Of a stretch of DNA of 64,000 nucleotides, positions 13,130-24,524 are shown one piece after another (the stretch's first letter is position 1; each line of letters begins with the position of its first letter). The position numbers and the translations under genes are program-made. This stretch comes from Emiliania huxleyi CCMP1516 (lineage: Eukaryota). Below the pieces are notes generated by a model. The model did no database searches, was not told the origin of the DNA, and saw nothing but the letters and a program-made list of their open reading frames with translations. The stretch lies in NCBI RefSeq assembly GCF_000372725.1, contig NW_005202428.1, forward strand, positions 1,039,331 to 1,103,330. Direction: 5' to 3'.

Positions 13130-14746
13130 CTAACGACGTTTGCTGCCCAACGCCAACACCCCACCTCGTCGTCCTCCGCCTCTCCCTCCCTCGGCCTCGC
13201 CCCGGACCACCGTGGGTGTGGCAGCGTCACAGGAGCCGCACACGGTGCAGTTGTCAATCCTTCCGCTTTCGGGCAGGCCCCATACGGCAAACTCGGCTTC
13301 GCCATCGAACTGCACCGGCACGCCGCGCAGCTCGAGCAGCTCTAGTTCGCTATCTGGCGCCAGCTTCGCGGGCTGCTTGTCCTTGTTGGTGCCGAGCGTC
13401 TCGTGCTGTAGGACGTACTGCACGCGCGCCGCAGGATTTGGCTCGCCACGGTCCACCGTCCAGCGCTTCGACATGCCCTTGTATGCTGCGTGATTTGCCC
13501 CTACAAAGTCGCTTCGGATCGTGTCCAGCTGCCTTGGGAGGCACGGGAAGCTCACGCGGTCATTTGGGAGGGGCGCGAGCGTCCGCTCGTCGAGCGTGAT
13601 CCGCCCTGACCCGTAGTGCTTGTGGCGATAGCTCAAGGCCAGGACCCCGGGCGCGACCCTCGTAAGTTTCGAGATTGCAATGCCGACAAACCCCATTGAG
13701 CCGACTCCCCGGAAGAGCACCTCCTGGTCCCAGCCTGTGAGTTGCCTGCGCACCCATATCCCTTCCTCCAAGCGGGCAACGTAGATCTGCATGCTCCTGT
13801 TGGCATCATGCTTGTGGTAGGCAATCACAGGCCGACCGTACGTGTCGAAACTGAGCGGTGTGCCGCCGTTGATCAGGCCAGACCGCGTGGGGACCGGATC
13901 GACGACGAGCGAGCGGTTGGACAGGCGCAGGGGGAGCGAGACGGACTCGCCGGTGGCGGTCTCCCAGTGCACCAGGTCCGGGCTGCGCGCGTACGAGAGG
14001 TCGTGGTTGGTGTCGCAGCTTGCCCGATCCCTCCACAGCCATACCATGTGGAAGCGACCGTCAGGCCCGCGCCGGGGTTGTGAATTGTAGGCGCTGCGTC
14101 TGCCTTCACCATCGAGTAAGGGCCGCGCCATCATCCGCGACCAAGTCCGCGTCCTCGAGTGGTACCTGTTTACGACGATGATGCCCCTTCCTGGGTGCCC
14201 ATGGCGGTAGTTGAACAGGAGCGCCCCATCGCGTCCCTTCATGAAGTTTGGGTAGCTGACGACGCTCTCCTCTTTACCAGTCATGGGCAGACGCTCAAAG
14301 GTGCTGATGTTCCCTGGCTCGCGGCTGCGGAAGTAGATCAGCATCACGCAGTGCATATTGCCAGAGAGGTGAACGTGGCCGTTCCGGTCCACCGCCAGAG
14401 TGATGCTGTTGTGCGAGTCCCAGGCGATTTGTGTGGGGAGTCGAGCGTAGATCCACCTGTGGCTCGAGCGTAGATCCACCTGCGTGTCGAGAGTCCGCTT
14501 CGCTACCGTCAACCAGTGCGCGGCGTCATAGTAGCACACGTACTGGGCGGACCCAAAGGTGTACAGAAAGGCGGGGGCAGGGAAACTGCCAGGCACCTTG
14601 TCGACCACCAGGCGCTTGACTCTGGGAGGTGACGGTGGCCGCCTCCGAAACAGGTGAGAGGCGTGCCGGGCCTCGGGCGTGGACGGGTGCTGCGTGGGCT
14701 CGGCGCGAGGCGCGGGTCGAGCGAACGTAGCCCAGATGAGTAGCAT
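13130..14746 (-). CDS. BNR_4-type beta-propeller protein, PL42/GH145- or PL24-like polysaccharide lyase candidate; intronless
   Basis: QYVCYYD, WDSHNSITLAVDRNGHVHLSGNMH, SYPNF, LLFNYRHG, SAY, HMVWLWRD, TNHDLSYARSPD...W, GLINGG, PVIAYHK. Confidence 0.7.
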   Translation of the reverse strand: MLLIWATFARPAPRAEPTQHPSTPEARHASHLFRRRPPSPPRVKRLVVDKVPGSFPAPAFLYTFGSAQYVCYYDAAHWLTVAKRTLDTQVDLRSSHRWIYARLPTQIAWDSHNSITLAVDRNGHVHLSGNMHCVMLIYFRSREPGNISTFERLPMTGKEESVVSYPNFMKGRDGALLFNYRHGHPGRGIIVVNRYHSRTRTWSRMMARPLLDGEGRRSAYNSQPRRGPDGRFHMVWLWRDRASCDTNHDLSYARSPDLVHWETATGESVSLPLRLSNRSLVVDPVPTRSGLINGGTPLSFDTYGRPVIAYHKHDANRSMQIYVARLEEGIWVRRQLTGWDQEVLFRGVGSMGFVGIAISKLTRVAPGVLALSYRHKHYGSGRITLDERTLAPLPNDRVSFPCLPRQLDTIRSDFVGANHAAYKGMSKRWTVDRGEPNPAARVQYVLQHETLGTNKDKQPAKLAPDSELELLELRGVPVQFDGEAEFAVWGLPESGRIDNCTVCGSCDAATPTVVRGEAEGGRGGGRRGGVLALGSKRR

Positions 14747-14879
14747 ACTGTGGGTGCTCCCAGTGTGGCGGCGGTCGAGATCGAGTTGCCGAAGTGAGAG
14801 CCACTCTCGGAGGCTGCCTCCGTGCCGGCGCCAAGTTATTGTGACACGGACGTCCCCAACTCCGACGTTTCGCAAGAGA

Positions 14880-16748
14880 ATGCGCGAACTCGACACCTTC
14901 ACCGCGCTTGAGGGAACGGGTGGGGAGGAGCTTGCAGCGGCAGGCGCGATTGACCTACGCGGGCGGGCGCTGCAGGATGTCAGTCTCCTCCGCGCCTGCC
15001 CAGCCTTGCGGCACGCGGTGTTGAGTGGAAACATCCTCTCACGACTTGAGCCTCCTGGGCTGCTCGGCTGTACGCGGCTGGTGAAGCTCGATCTCTCCCA
15101 CAACGCCCTGAGAGTCCTCCCGGGCCGCTCTGAATGGGCTGCGCTCGCCAACCTCCGCGTGCTCTATCTGCACAGCAACCAGCTCGCCTCGCTCAAGGCA
15201 TGTCAAGCCCTCGCCGCCCTGCCAGCCATCGAGCGGCTCACACTCTTTGACAACCCGCTGTGCTCGCACCCGGCGTACCGGCACTTTCTTGTGAATACGA
15301 TCGCCCTGCGCTGCCTCGACGAGCGTATCGTCGCCGACGACGAGATCATCGAGGGCGTGAGCTTTGGGCCCGAGTCGCGCTTTTGGCGAGGCTCGCCCAG
15401 GCTTCACTTTCCGGTCATGGAGGAGCCCCAAGTGCAGTCGGAGGAACTGGTGGCGGTTTTCGAGAGGGCTCTCATCGCCGAGCTCGCCAGTCTAGCGGGC
15501 TCTCACGCACGCTCATCGCCGGTGCTCACTGTTCAGGGCCACGTCCGCCGCCGCACTGCCATCGCTCTGGTCCACCCTCTGCGCTCCGCCAAGAGAGCGG
15601 CATGCGGAGGCGAGGACACGCGAGGACGGCGCGAGGAGGTTGAAGCTCCGGTGTCGCCAGTCCCGCTGGGTATGGCGATGGCACTGGCCAGCGATGCATG
15701 CATCGAGAGAGCAGAGCCCATGCTTGCGCCTGTGCTCACGCCTCCAGACGATGGGCTGGCCACAGAGCGCGCATGGGACATGGCCGCATCACTTATCGCA
15801 GCCGGATGGCGCAACAGGCTCGCACTACGCGAGAAGCGAAGAACAGCCGACGCGAGGGGCGAAGAGCCGAATAGCCACTTGCAGGCGTTGCAGCTCGCCA
15901 TCGGCAGGGCTCGCGACGCGTCTACGATGGTGCCCACGGCGGCGCTGTTGCTGCCTTCTGCCCCGCCGCAGCAGCCGCCGCTGAACCTCGCCGTCGAGCA
16001 GATGGCGTTGGCGATGCTGATGCAGGAGCAGGCGCTCGGCGTCTGCGGCTTGCCCCCGGCAGTGAGCATAGAGGTGCCCGATGCGTGTCATCAAAAGACG
16101 ATGCAAGCGCAGCAGCAGCGGGAGGAGATCCTCTGGGCACAGCGCGCGGCGGCGCAGCAGCGGGCAGACGAGGAGCAGGCTCTGCGGAGCGCGCACAACG
16201 CTAGGGCTCGCGACGCCGCGGCGAACCGAGCAGTGGTTCATGCGCTGCGTGCGCTCCAGCGTAAGCCAGCGCAGATTCAGCCCTCAGAGGCGCAGGCTGT
16301 GGCGCTGCAAATCGTGCGCAACGATCACCTTGAGCAGCAGAGGCAGCGGACGGCGGAGACGCGTGCGGCCGAAAGGCGGGCCCTGGAGAGGCGTGGTGAG
16401 GATGCCCTGGCCGTGCGCGAGGAGTTGATGGTTCAGCGCAGGTCGGAGCGACGCCACCTCGCTCTTGCGTGCGCGGTGCAGCGCCAGGAGGAGGAGGAGG
16501 AGACTCGGCGGCGGTGGGAGCGCATAAGAGAGGAGCGGGCGCAGCGGGGGGCGAGGCTCGCCAAGCGCGACGTCGCAGGCGAGTTCGCGCGACGGCATGG
16601 GGCGCTGGGTCGGCAAATGCGGCAGGGCGAGCGGATGCGGATCTGGCAAGAGCGGCAAGCCCGGGCGGAGCTTGTCGTTGATAGTGCGCGACGGCTGGCG
16701 CGGGCTACTCGCGCACAGAGGAGAGAGCAGCGGGGGGGAGGAGGTTAG
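14880..16748 (+). CDS. Leucine-rich repeat + IQ-like + coiled-coil protein (LRRIQ3-like)
   Basis: LxxLxLxxN repeats (LVKLDLSHNAL, LRVLYLHSNQL, IERLTLFDNPLC), LRRcap YRHFLV...LDER, IQ-like VLTVQGHVRR and IAAGWRNR, long R/E-rich tail. Confidence 0.75.
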   Translation: MRELDTFTALEGTGGEELAAAGAIDLRGRALQDVSLLRACPALRHAVLSGNILSRLEPPGLLGCTRLVKLDLSHNALRVLPGRSEWAALANLRVLYLHSNQLASLKACQALAALPAIERLTLFDNPLCSHPAYRHFLVNTIALRCLDERIVADDEIIEGVSFGPESRFWRGSPRLHFPVMEEPQVQSEELVAVFERALIAELASLAGSHARSSPVLTVQGHVRRRTAIALVHPLRSAKRAACGGEDTRGRREEVEAPVSPVPLGMAMALASDACIERAEPMLAPVLTPPDDGLATERAWDMAASLIAAGWRNRLALREKRRTADARGEEPNSHLQALQLAIGRARDASTMVPTAALLLPSAPPQQPPLNLAVEQMALAMLMQEQALGVCGLPPAVSIEVPDACHQKTMQAQQQREEILWAQRAAAQQRADEEQALRSAHNARARDAAANRAVVHALRALQRKPAQIQPSEAQAVALQIVRNDHLEQQRQRTAETRAAERRALERRGEDALAVREELMVQRRSERRHLALACAVQRQEEEEETRRRWERIREERAQRGARLAKRDVAGEFARRHGALGRQMRQGERMRIWQERQARAELVVDSARRLARATRAQRREQRGGGG

Positions 16749-16940
16749 CCCCAGCCTCCCGCCAGCCTCCCGGGGATTGACACTACTATTCTAACACCCG
16801 CGTGCATACTAATACAGTCCGTGCCCACAAAAAGCCGCACCAGCCACAACTCTCTCTCTGTCTCTCAACCCTCAGCTGCGCTCTCTCTGGGCTCTGGCGC
16901 CTGGGGCAGCCTGGGCCTCGATCGCGGCACGCGCACGCGG

Positions 16941-16977
16941 CTCTCTCTCATCTCTCTCTCTCTCTCTCTCTCTGTCG

Positions 16978-17020
<43 letters not shown>
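16941..17020. repeat. (CT)n microsatellite
   Basis: Directly visible, slightly interrupted. Confidence 0.95.
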
Positions 17021-17023
<3 letters not shown>

Positions 17024-17042
17024 TCGTAGGTAGGTAGGTAGA

Positions 17043-17085
17043 AAGGTGAAGAACAGCCAGGCTCGGACTGGACACCAACGCGGTA
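17043..17085 (-). repeat. 43-bp dispersed repeat with tetranucleotide tail (other copy at 43809-43851, + strand)
   Basis: Reverse complement equals TACCGCGTTGGTGTCCAGTCCGAGCCTGGCTGTTCTTCACCTT at 43809; followed by (CTAC)n here and (CTAA)n there. Confidence 0.9.
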
Positions 17086-17360
17086 TGGGTGGACGCTAGA
17101 CAGATGATGACGACACGCACGAGCGACACACAGACACAAACAGGCTCACAAGACACACAGCCAGCTGGCTGCCACACACCCTGAGTAGGCGTACACATAA
17201 CTCAGGGCCACATCCTCCCTGTCGCCCCCCCCAGCACTCCAAGGCACCAGAAGAACAAACAAGGGCACAACAAACAACAGACAACAGGAAGTTTCCTCGC
17301 TCTTAGTGGAAAAGAAAAACCGCGTGTGTCCGGGACCGGACCCCCCTCGCTGCTGGAGGT

Positions 17361-19854
17361 ATGGCGGACGACGGACCTCTTGACGCGATGACGACGCAAG
17401 TTGGCTTTATGAATGCTCTCCGAACGGGCAACATTGTCCTCGACATGATTCTCTGCATGATCGTGCCTATTATATTCGGTGGCATTGGAAGTGTGTTTCG
17501 CGAGACGCTCCCGCTCGTCCGCAGGCGCAGCCTTCCCTCTACTGCCCGCTCACGCCGCGCTCTCTTGGCGTGACGTCCTCCGCTCGGTCGCAGGCTGCAG
17601 CACGACTGGCGTCACCGCGATCGGGTCGAGCGCGTCATCGAGCACAAGCGCCGCGTCAACAACTGGGGCTACAGCTTTGGCGCGCAGACGAGCGATCACC
17701 TCCTCCAGAAGGCGATAATGCTCTACCTGTCCAAGCACGACCCGGGAAAGCACAAGAAGGCGATCGTCACGCTGGCCAACCTCAAGGAGACGGGCGGGAG
17801 GCGCGCCGGCGACTCGGACGACGACTCGGACTGCTCCGACTACGGCGGCGAGAGCCTCAAGCGGCTCGAGCCGTCCACGCTGCCGCCCGAGGACGTCGAG
17901 GTCGAGGTCGGTGGTGGAGTCAAGCTGCTCAAGCAGCTGCAGGTGGACGGCGGCGGCGAGAAGAGCTGCACGACGGAGACGTCCACCATCATCCTCTCCG
18001 CCTCGGGCCCTCGGGCGGAGGAGGCGATCAACGCATTTATTAGCCGCGCTTTTGAGTGGTACCGCGTCAACGTGGAGCAGAAAAAGGACGAGACGCGGTA
18101 CTTCTTCATCATGGTGCGCCCTAAGGCTGCCGGCGGCGACGGCGAACCTCCGCCCGGCGCCACGAAGCGTCTGTACAAGCGCTACGCCCTCTCGGACGAA
18201 AAGACGTTCTCAAGTCTGTTCTTCCCGGAGAAGCCGAACCTTCTCTGTGCGCGTGCCCGACGGGATACCGCCGCCACCGCCACTGACACCGCCACCGACG
18301 CCTACAGCCACCGCCACCCAACCATCACAGCCACCCCCACCGCCACCATCACAGCCGCCGCCACTGCCACCATCACAGCCGCCGCCACTGCCACCATCAC
18401 AGCCGCCGCCACTGCCACCATCACAGCCGCCGCCACTGCCACCATCACAGCCGCCGCCGCCATCACGCTCACCGCGCGCCTTGTCCGGCCGCCGCAAGAT
18501 CTGCTCGACCACTTCATGAAGAAGACGGGCAAGTTCGCCGTTCCCGGCTTCCCGCACAAGCTCGGCCTGCTCCTGTACGGCCCGCCCGGCACGGGCAAGA
18601 CCTCGCTCATCAAAGCGATCGCGCACTACACGGGTGCGCCCCTCGCGGCGCACCCTCCGCTCCTCTCTCCTCGCCCCCTCCTCGCCTGTCGCCCACTCCC
18701 CTCTCCGCTCCTCGCCACTCTCCTCTCGCCCCATCCTCAGGGCGGCACATTGTGAGCGTGCCGCTCTCCAAGATCAAGACGAACCAAGAGCTGACCGACA
18801 TCATGTTTGACCAAGCCGCCAACGTCGTCAACACCGCAAAGAGCGGCGACGACGACTCGGCCGACTTTCCGCAATCGCTCGAGTTTGCAAAGGTGATCTT
18901 TGTGATGGAGGACGTGGACGCCGCGAGCAAGGTGGTGCACCGGCGGGCGCCTGCCGCAGCGGCCACTCGGACGGTCACCCGGACGGTCGTGCGCAATGCG
19001 ACCAACGCATCAACCGCGGCGGGGACGATGCCGAGCAGGCAGGCGACGGCGGTGGCGTCGCCTGGAGCGGCCTCGCCGTTGGAGGCGGGGGCCCCGCAGT
19101 GGCTCGCGCCGCTGCTCCCCGCGCGCGGGCTGTCGAGGCAGCCGAGCGGGAGGAGGGAGGCGGAGAAGGAGGCGGAGAAGGAGGCGGACGGCGCGGACGG
19201 CGCCGAGGCCGTGGAGAGCGCGGAGACCGGCGCGGTGGAGGAGGTGGAGGAGGTGGTGACGGTGATGGAGGAGGGGCCGCCCAAGAAGGAGGACCGACTC
19301 AAGTCGCTGCTGGAGGAGGAGGACCGGCGCGCGACCTTCCTAGACAGAGAACGCGTCGCTCATCACGCCCTTCAGACCGCCGTGCGCGAACACGCGGAAG
19401 CATGGCCACGGTATCCACACTCGCGGGGCTTCGGATGCGCGGCCGCGTGGGGTCTGCAGGCGCGGTGAAACGCGCGCTCCACCGCCCTGACCAGCCGCCC
19501 TCGCCTGCCAGGCTCGACCTCGCCGGGCTGCTTAACGTGCTCGACGGCGTGGTGGACAGCCCCAACCGCATCGTCATCATGACGACCAACCATCCGGAAA
19601 AGCTCGACCCGGCGCTCATCCGGCCCGGCCGCATCAACAAGAAGATGCTGCTCGGCTACCTGCTGCTGCCCGAGGCGGAGAAGATGGTGGAGCACTACTT
19701 TGGCGACATGAGCGAGTCGCAGCGTTTGAAACTGGGCATGATGTTCACCCCAAACGTCTTTACTCCCGCCCAGGTCGAGCAGCTCTGCGCCGAGCATGAC
19801 ACCGTGGACGAGTTCTTGCTGGGACTGCACACGCTCGTTGCGCAGGAGTACTGA
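17361..19854 (+). CDS. BCS1-like AAA+ ATPase with N-terminal transmembrane segment, multi-exon
   Basis: LGLLLYGPPGTGKTS (Walker A), VIFVMEDVD (Walker B), LAGLLNVLDGVVDSPNRIVIMTTNHPEKLDPALIRPGRI (SRH). Confidence 0.9.
18320..18467 (+). repeat. 21-bp intronic minisatellite (GCCACCATCACAGCCGCCGCCACT-like unit)
   Basis: About 6-7 tandem units inside a predicted intron of the AAA gene. Confidence 0.85.
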
Positions 19855-20169
19855 ACACGACCGCATGCGCAACCCACTTAGGCTTAGCGTATAGCGAGGT
19901 GAGAGCCCCTTTTTGGAGAGTTTGGTCTTATAATCCGTCAGATGCATGGTATTGGTTAGATGTGTGAAAAGTGTGCGCATTAACCATTATCCATTAAAAC
20001 AACTTTCAGACGAGAGCTCCGAGGCGCCCGAGCCGCGGGCGGCGGGTCAATTTACTCATACTCTGGTCTCTGCCAATCCCAAAAAAGTAGAGTATAGTGT
20101 AATCTGCTGGCACCTAAAGAGTATCAATCAAAGTGTGTATCGCGCAGCCCGCTGCCGTTTGCCGCGCGG

Positions 20170-21487
20170 TCACTGGTCCGGCGAGATCCACTTCTCCGGC
20201 GCCCTTGGCCGCCCCTCCTCCTCCTCCTCGCGGAATGGCTCGAGCGCCTGAGCGCGGTTCACCTCGCGCCCCGCGAGCGCCAGGAACTCGCGTGTCTCCT
20301 ACGGTGGCGAGCAGTGGACGTCTCACCGGCACCGCCCGGGGAGACCTGCCCGCGCGCTCTCTGGCGGCGCGTCACCTTGTGCGCGTCGGAAGTGGCGCCG
20401 CCGCCCTCCTCCTCCCCGCCGGCCGCCAGCCACGGGTTGCGCGCGCCCTCGCAGACGGCCCACACCTCGACGTGGTCGACGGCGAAGCCGGCCGAGGAGG
20501 CGAGGCTGTGCGATAGGTCGTACGTGGAGCAGGTCTCCTCCGCGCGGCCCGTGTCCAGGCTGTCCTCGAGCCAGAGGCCTGTCGCCGGGGAGGCTGGAGG
20601 TGCGATGCAGTGCACTCGAGCAGAGACCTCTGCCTTTCACTCTTGCCGGCAGCTCGCCCGACGCGCACCACCTCCGTCCGGCGCCTGATCTCGGCTGATC
20701 TCGGCTGATCTCGGCTGATCTCGGCTACGGCCGCACACCGAAGTGGCGCGAGTCGAGGTCGCCTCCAAAGGCGATGCCGTTGGGCAGCATCTCCCTGTGC
20801 GCGTTCATGTACACAAAGTTCGCGTTGGCGCCTGTGCTCGTCGGGAGGCTCGCGTCAGCCTGCCGCGTGTCCTCTTCTGCCAGGAGGCAGCGCCGCGCAG
20901 AGCAGGCGGCAGGCGCGGCACACGCGCCTCACCTCCTACCCTCGGCCACTCTCGGCCAATCTCGGCTACTCTCGGCTACTCTCGGCTACTCTCGGCTACT
21001 CTCGGCTACTCTCGGCTACTCTCGAGCGGCGCCGGTGGCTCGGTGGAGGAGGACGCCTCCCGCCCCGTCGGCGCGGAAGAGGAAGGAGTTGCTGCCCCCG
21101 AACCACCTCGGGCCCAGCTGCAGCGGCGCGGAGCTGTACCCTCCGAACCTCGCCCCCGCGCCGTCGCGAATCACGAGGAGGCACGGCGCGCGCGCCAGCG
21201 TCATCGCGCAGAGGCGCGTGAACGAGCTGCCGTCGCGAGCCGACGAGAAGAGGCAGCGCCAGCGCCGGCGATGCTCGGGAGGCAGCGCCGCGGCGAGGGG
21301 CCTACAGGCGTCGGGCGACGGTCGGAAGCGGGGGGGCGCACACCGCACCCGCGGCGCTGTGGCGGAGAGGGACGCCTCAGCTCTGCAGCGCTGAGCAGCA
21401 GCGAGCCACCGGGCAGCTCGGCCAGCTCCGGCAGCGGCTGAAGCTGGCGGTGATCGGACAGCCACGCGGCCTCCGCCAGCTGCGCTA

Positions 21488-21530
<43 letters not shown>

Positions 21531-22055
21531 AGCACCCGCAGCCCACGCAGAAAGCTCCGCAGCGCCACGTGAGCCGGCGGGCGGCGGCGGCGGAAGCGCT
21601 GCGAGATCTCCGCCGAGGAGCGGTGCGGCGGCTGCCTCCCATTTGCTGCCCGGGACGGTCGCCTTGAGCCACGCGCTGCCCGCGCTGCCAAGCAGCTGCA
21701 CCAGCACGCGCAGCCGATCCTCTTCTCCGCTTGTGCCGATGGCGTCTGCGGCTGCAACCAGGAAGAGCAGGCGAGATTCCGGCTGCTCACGAAGTGCGAC
21801 AAGACCTTGAACCACGGTGGCCGAGTCGAGCGCCGCCTCGCCACGTGCAAAGCCGCAGAAGAGCGCGCCGGCCAGCCGCGGCTCCATCGAAGCGTGCACG
21901 CCAGCCCACTCTGCCGCGCCGAAGACTGCGGGCTGGCTCGGGTCCTGAGCAGCGAGGAGGGAGGCGTTGCGAAGCAGCATGCGCTGCTCGACGCTGCTGA
22001 AGCGAGCGAGGAGCTCCGACTGCGTCGGCGGCTCATGCGAGGCTGTCTGGCCCAT
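20170..22055 (-). CDS. TLDc-domain protein (MEAK7/TLDC1-like) with N-myristoylation motif, spliced
   Basis: MGQTAS start; WRCLFSSARDGSSF, LLVIRDGAGARFGGY, WFGGSNSFLF, NFVYMN...PNGIAFGG, GLWLEDSL...CSTY...VEVWAV. Confidence 0.85.
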
Positions 22056-22379
22056 GTGTGCTGTCTGGCCAGCGGCTTCAGCGTCGACGAGTAGTCTGCG
22101 CCTGCCTGGGCGGCTTCAAGCCGGCCCGGGGGAGGGGGCGCAGCACCAAAAGAGATGCCTGCCGGCACGTTTTTTTTACAGTTGTATCGACCTGAAGCCC
22201 TCTCTCTGATCGTCCTTCCTTCCTTCCAATCCTTCCTTCCTGCTTGTGCACAGGTGGGACTCGTCCGTCTCCCATCAACTTCTCATAGCCGCCGGGATTC
22301 ATCCTTGTCTTCCGGACAAAAAGCGCCCGCCAACCGATCCACGTACCCTCCCCGGTCAAACTGACGAGACCGTCGCCCC

Positions 22380-22550
22380 ATGCCTGAGAACCCGCAGCGG
22401 GCTGGAGCGGTGCTGATCGACGGCAAGGGCATTGCCGACGAGACGATTGCTAAGCTCGGACGCGCCGTCGCGACTCTCGAGGTACCGCCTCTCCTCGTCG
22501 TCGTGATGGTCGAGGCGGCGCCTTCAGGTACGGGTTATCGGCGTTCATGA
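22380..22550 (+). pseudogene. 5' fragment of FolD/MTHFD (methylenetetrahydrofolate dehydrogenase/cyclohydrolase)
   Basis: 56-codon ORF not in the ORF track: MPENPQRAGAVLIDGKGIADETIAKLGRAVATLEVPPLLVVVMV..., matching the FolD start AxLIDGKxIA...PxLxVxxV; no further FolD sequence seen downstream. Confidence 0.65.
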
Positions 22551-23025
22551 TCTGGTACATTTTGGAGAGAAGGAGCTTGTTGTCGCGCTGAAGGGGCAGT
22601 CAGAGAGCGGAGTGAGATTACGATATGCTGGAGATCGTGATGGCAACCCTAAAACGCGACAGGAGGGATAGGGTGCAAATAGCGAAAACACGGGCTGCCT
22701 CAATTGTCGCGTTCCTCTCTGCCATGTTCTGAAGCTTCTTGCCAGCGCTCATCTTGACGGGCTTGACAGGGGTGAGGTCAATGGTGTGCTTCATGGTCCG
22801 TAGCCGCTCCACGTGCTTCCGGTGCGCGTGCTGGAGGTCGCGCAGCGCGGTTGCCTTGTTTGAGTAGAGCCCGACTGGCCGCTGGGGAAGACCGAGGTTG
22901 GAAGGGTAGGAGGAGCCCGGCATGCGGGAAGCGGCGCCGAGCGACTTTGAAGCAGATGCGAGGGATGCGTCGCCGGCGGCTGCTACCTTCGAGGCGGACG
23001 CGAGTGGCGGCTCGACGGCCGCCAT
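22525..23025 (-). pseudogene. CFAP97-domain (KIAA1430/hemingway family) gene, apparently 3'-truncated
   Basis: HRKHVERLRTMKHTIDLTP...KKLQNMAERNATIE, GC-AG intron, then RDNKLLLSKMYQIM; the expected SLN...ENxxxLxR segment was not found. Confidence 0.6.
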
Positions 23026-23555
23026 GGGGAAACTAAACGTTACAGATCCTCGCGGACACCCGAGCTCTAGCCTCTAAAGCCGTAGAGGGATACGTATCGT
23101 CGTTATTCTCTTCCCTATCGAAGAGCAACGAGCTTTGAACCATCGAGGTGTCGAAACACCACTCTGGCTCTCGCTCGACTCTCTGAGGCTGCAAATCTAC
23201 TCTCGCGAGCTGTGAACAGACGCACTTGCCTTCGGGGGCAAGTACCCAAATCCGCTAGGTTGGGCGTGCTTTCACAGCCTCACGAGAGTACTGCAAATCA
23301 GGCCCCCACGAGCCTCGTCTCGTGCATGATTGTCCGTTCCGCCTCTCTGCTCTCTCCCATCTGATCTCCATAAGTATCTCTGTGTCTCTCCTCGCTCGTC
23401 GTCGACGTCTGCTCTCACTCTCTCAAAGTCAAACAAACACCGTCCGGCCTGGCGTGTGGCGACACGACGTCACACACACGGGTCGGGGTCCCGCGTAACC
23501 GGTGCCGACTGTGCCGTACGCGTAGCTCCCAGACAAATCCAAACATGAGGGCGCT

Positions 23556-24524
23556 TCATGAGCTGGCGAGAGTCAGTCCGGATAGCCCTGCCAGCGCGTC
23601 TCCAAACGTCTCCTCGAGCAGCCTCACCTCTGCGAGCAACTCGTCATCGCCGCGCGAGAGGACGTGGGCCGACTTTGGTGCCATCTTTGGGTGGGCTCGC
23701 TTCGGCCGGTCGCCCCTCCTCGCCCCTCCCCAAGGGGCGACGGCGGTAGCGCTGCCCGCCGCCGGCTCACCGCCGCCGTGCCGCTTGGCGCGCGCCTCCT
23801 GCTTGACCTTCCTCCGGTGCTCCTTCTGCTCGAGCCGCCGCGCCGCCCGCGCCGCGTTCTTGGCCGAGCGGAGCCGCGAGTGCTCCTCTCCCGCCGCGTC
23901 CCACGCAGCCGCAGCAGCCTCGACTCCGACGGCCTCATCCTGCTCCTCCTCGCTCGGACAGACCCCAATCTCGGAAGGGGGCTCCGCCGCCGCCGCCCGC
24001 TCCGCCGCCTCCGCCTCCTCCCCCTCCTTCGCTGCTTCAGCCTCCTGCCCAGACTGCGCCGCCGCCGCCGCTACCGGCCGCACATAAAAGATAAAGCCGT
24101 TGCAACGGTGAGAAGGGACGTTTGCGAGGAGGGAGTCGATCGGCCGCCGCCCGAGGAGTAGGCGGAAGCGGGCGTCGCCGAGCAGCATCGCCCGCGTCGC
24201 GAGGGCGAACTTGTGAGGGTTGGAGCGCTCGCACCTCTCGCAGAGCCTCACTCGCAGCGGAGCGAACACATATGGCGTCGGCCGGCGGCACTCGCGGCAG
24301 AGCGTCGCCGCGTGCTTGCGATAGCGCTCTGCCGGAGCTGCGCCCGAATTTGGCGCGCCGGCCTGCTCACAGAGCCGCTCCCAAGCCTGCGAGCTGTCGA
24401 TGCTGGCGAGGCCGCGGCAAGTTCCGCCGGCTCTCGAGAGCGAAGCGCCGTCGAGAGCGGCGAGAATGCGGCCGAGGACACAGTCAGGGAGGTCTGTGAG
24501 CAGTGTGGCCTCGTCGCACAGCAT
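23556..24524 (-). CDS. F-box protein with CxxC...CxxC zinc-binding motif
   Basis: LLTDLPDCVLGRILAAL...TCRGL...WERLC; LCRECRR...LCERCER. Confidence 0.75.
   Translation of the reverse strand: MLCDEATLLTDLPDCVLGRILAALDGASLSRAGGTCRGLASIDSSQAWERLCEQAGAPNSGAAPAERYRKHAATLCRECRRPTPYVFAPLRVRLCERCERSNPHKFALATRAMLLGDARFRLLLGRRPIDSLLANVPSHRCNGFIFYVRPVAAAAAQSGQEAEAAKEGEEAEAAERAAAAEPPSEIGVCPSEEEQDEAVGVEAAAAAWDAAGEEHSRLRSAKNAARAARRLEQKEHRRKVKQEARAKRHGGGEPAAGSATAVAPWGGARRGDRPKRAHPKMAPKSAHVLSRGDDELLAEVRLLEETFGDALAGLSGLTLASS

Noticed and set aside
14441..14482. 23-bp tandem duplication that could be a GT-AG micro-intron in the BNR_4 gene
   Set aside because: The ORF is open with it retained, and removing 23 nt would frameshift the conserved WDSHN motif
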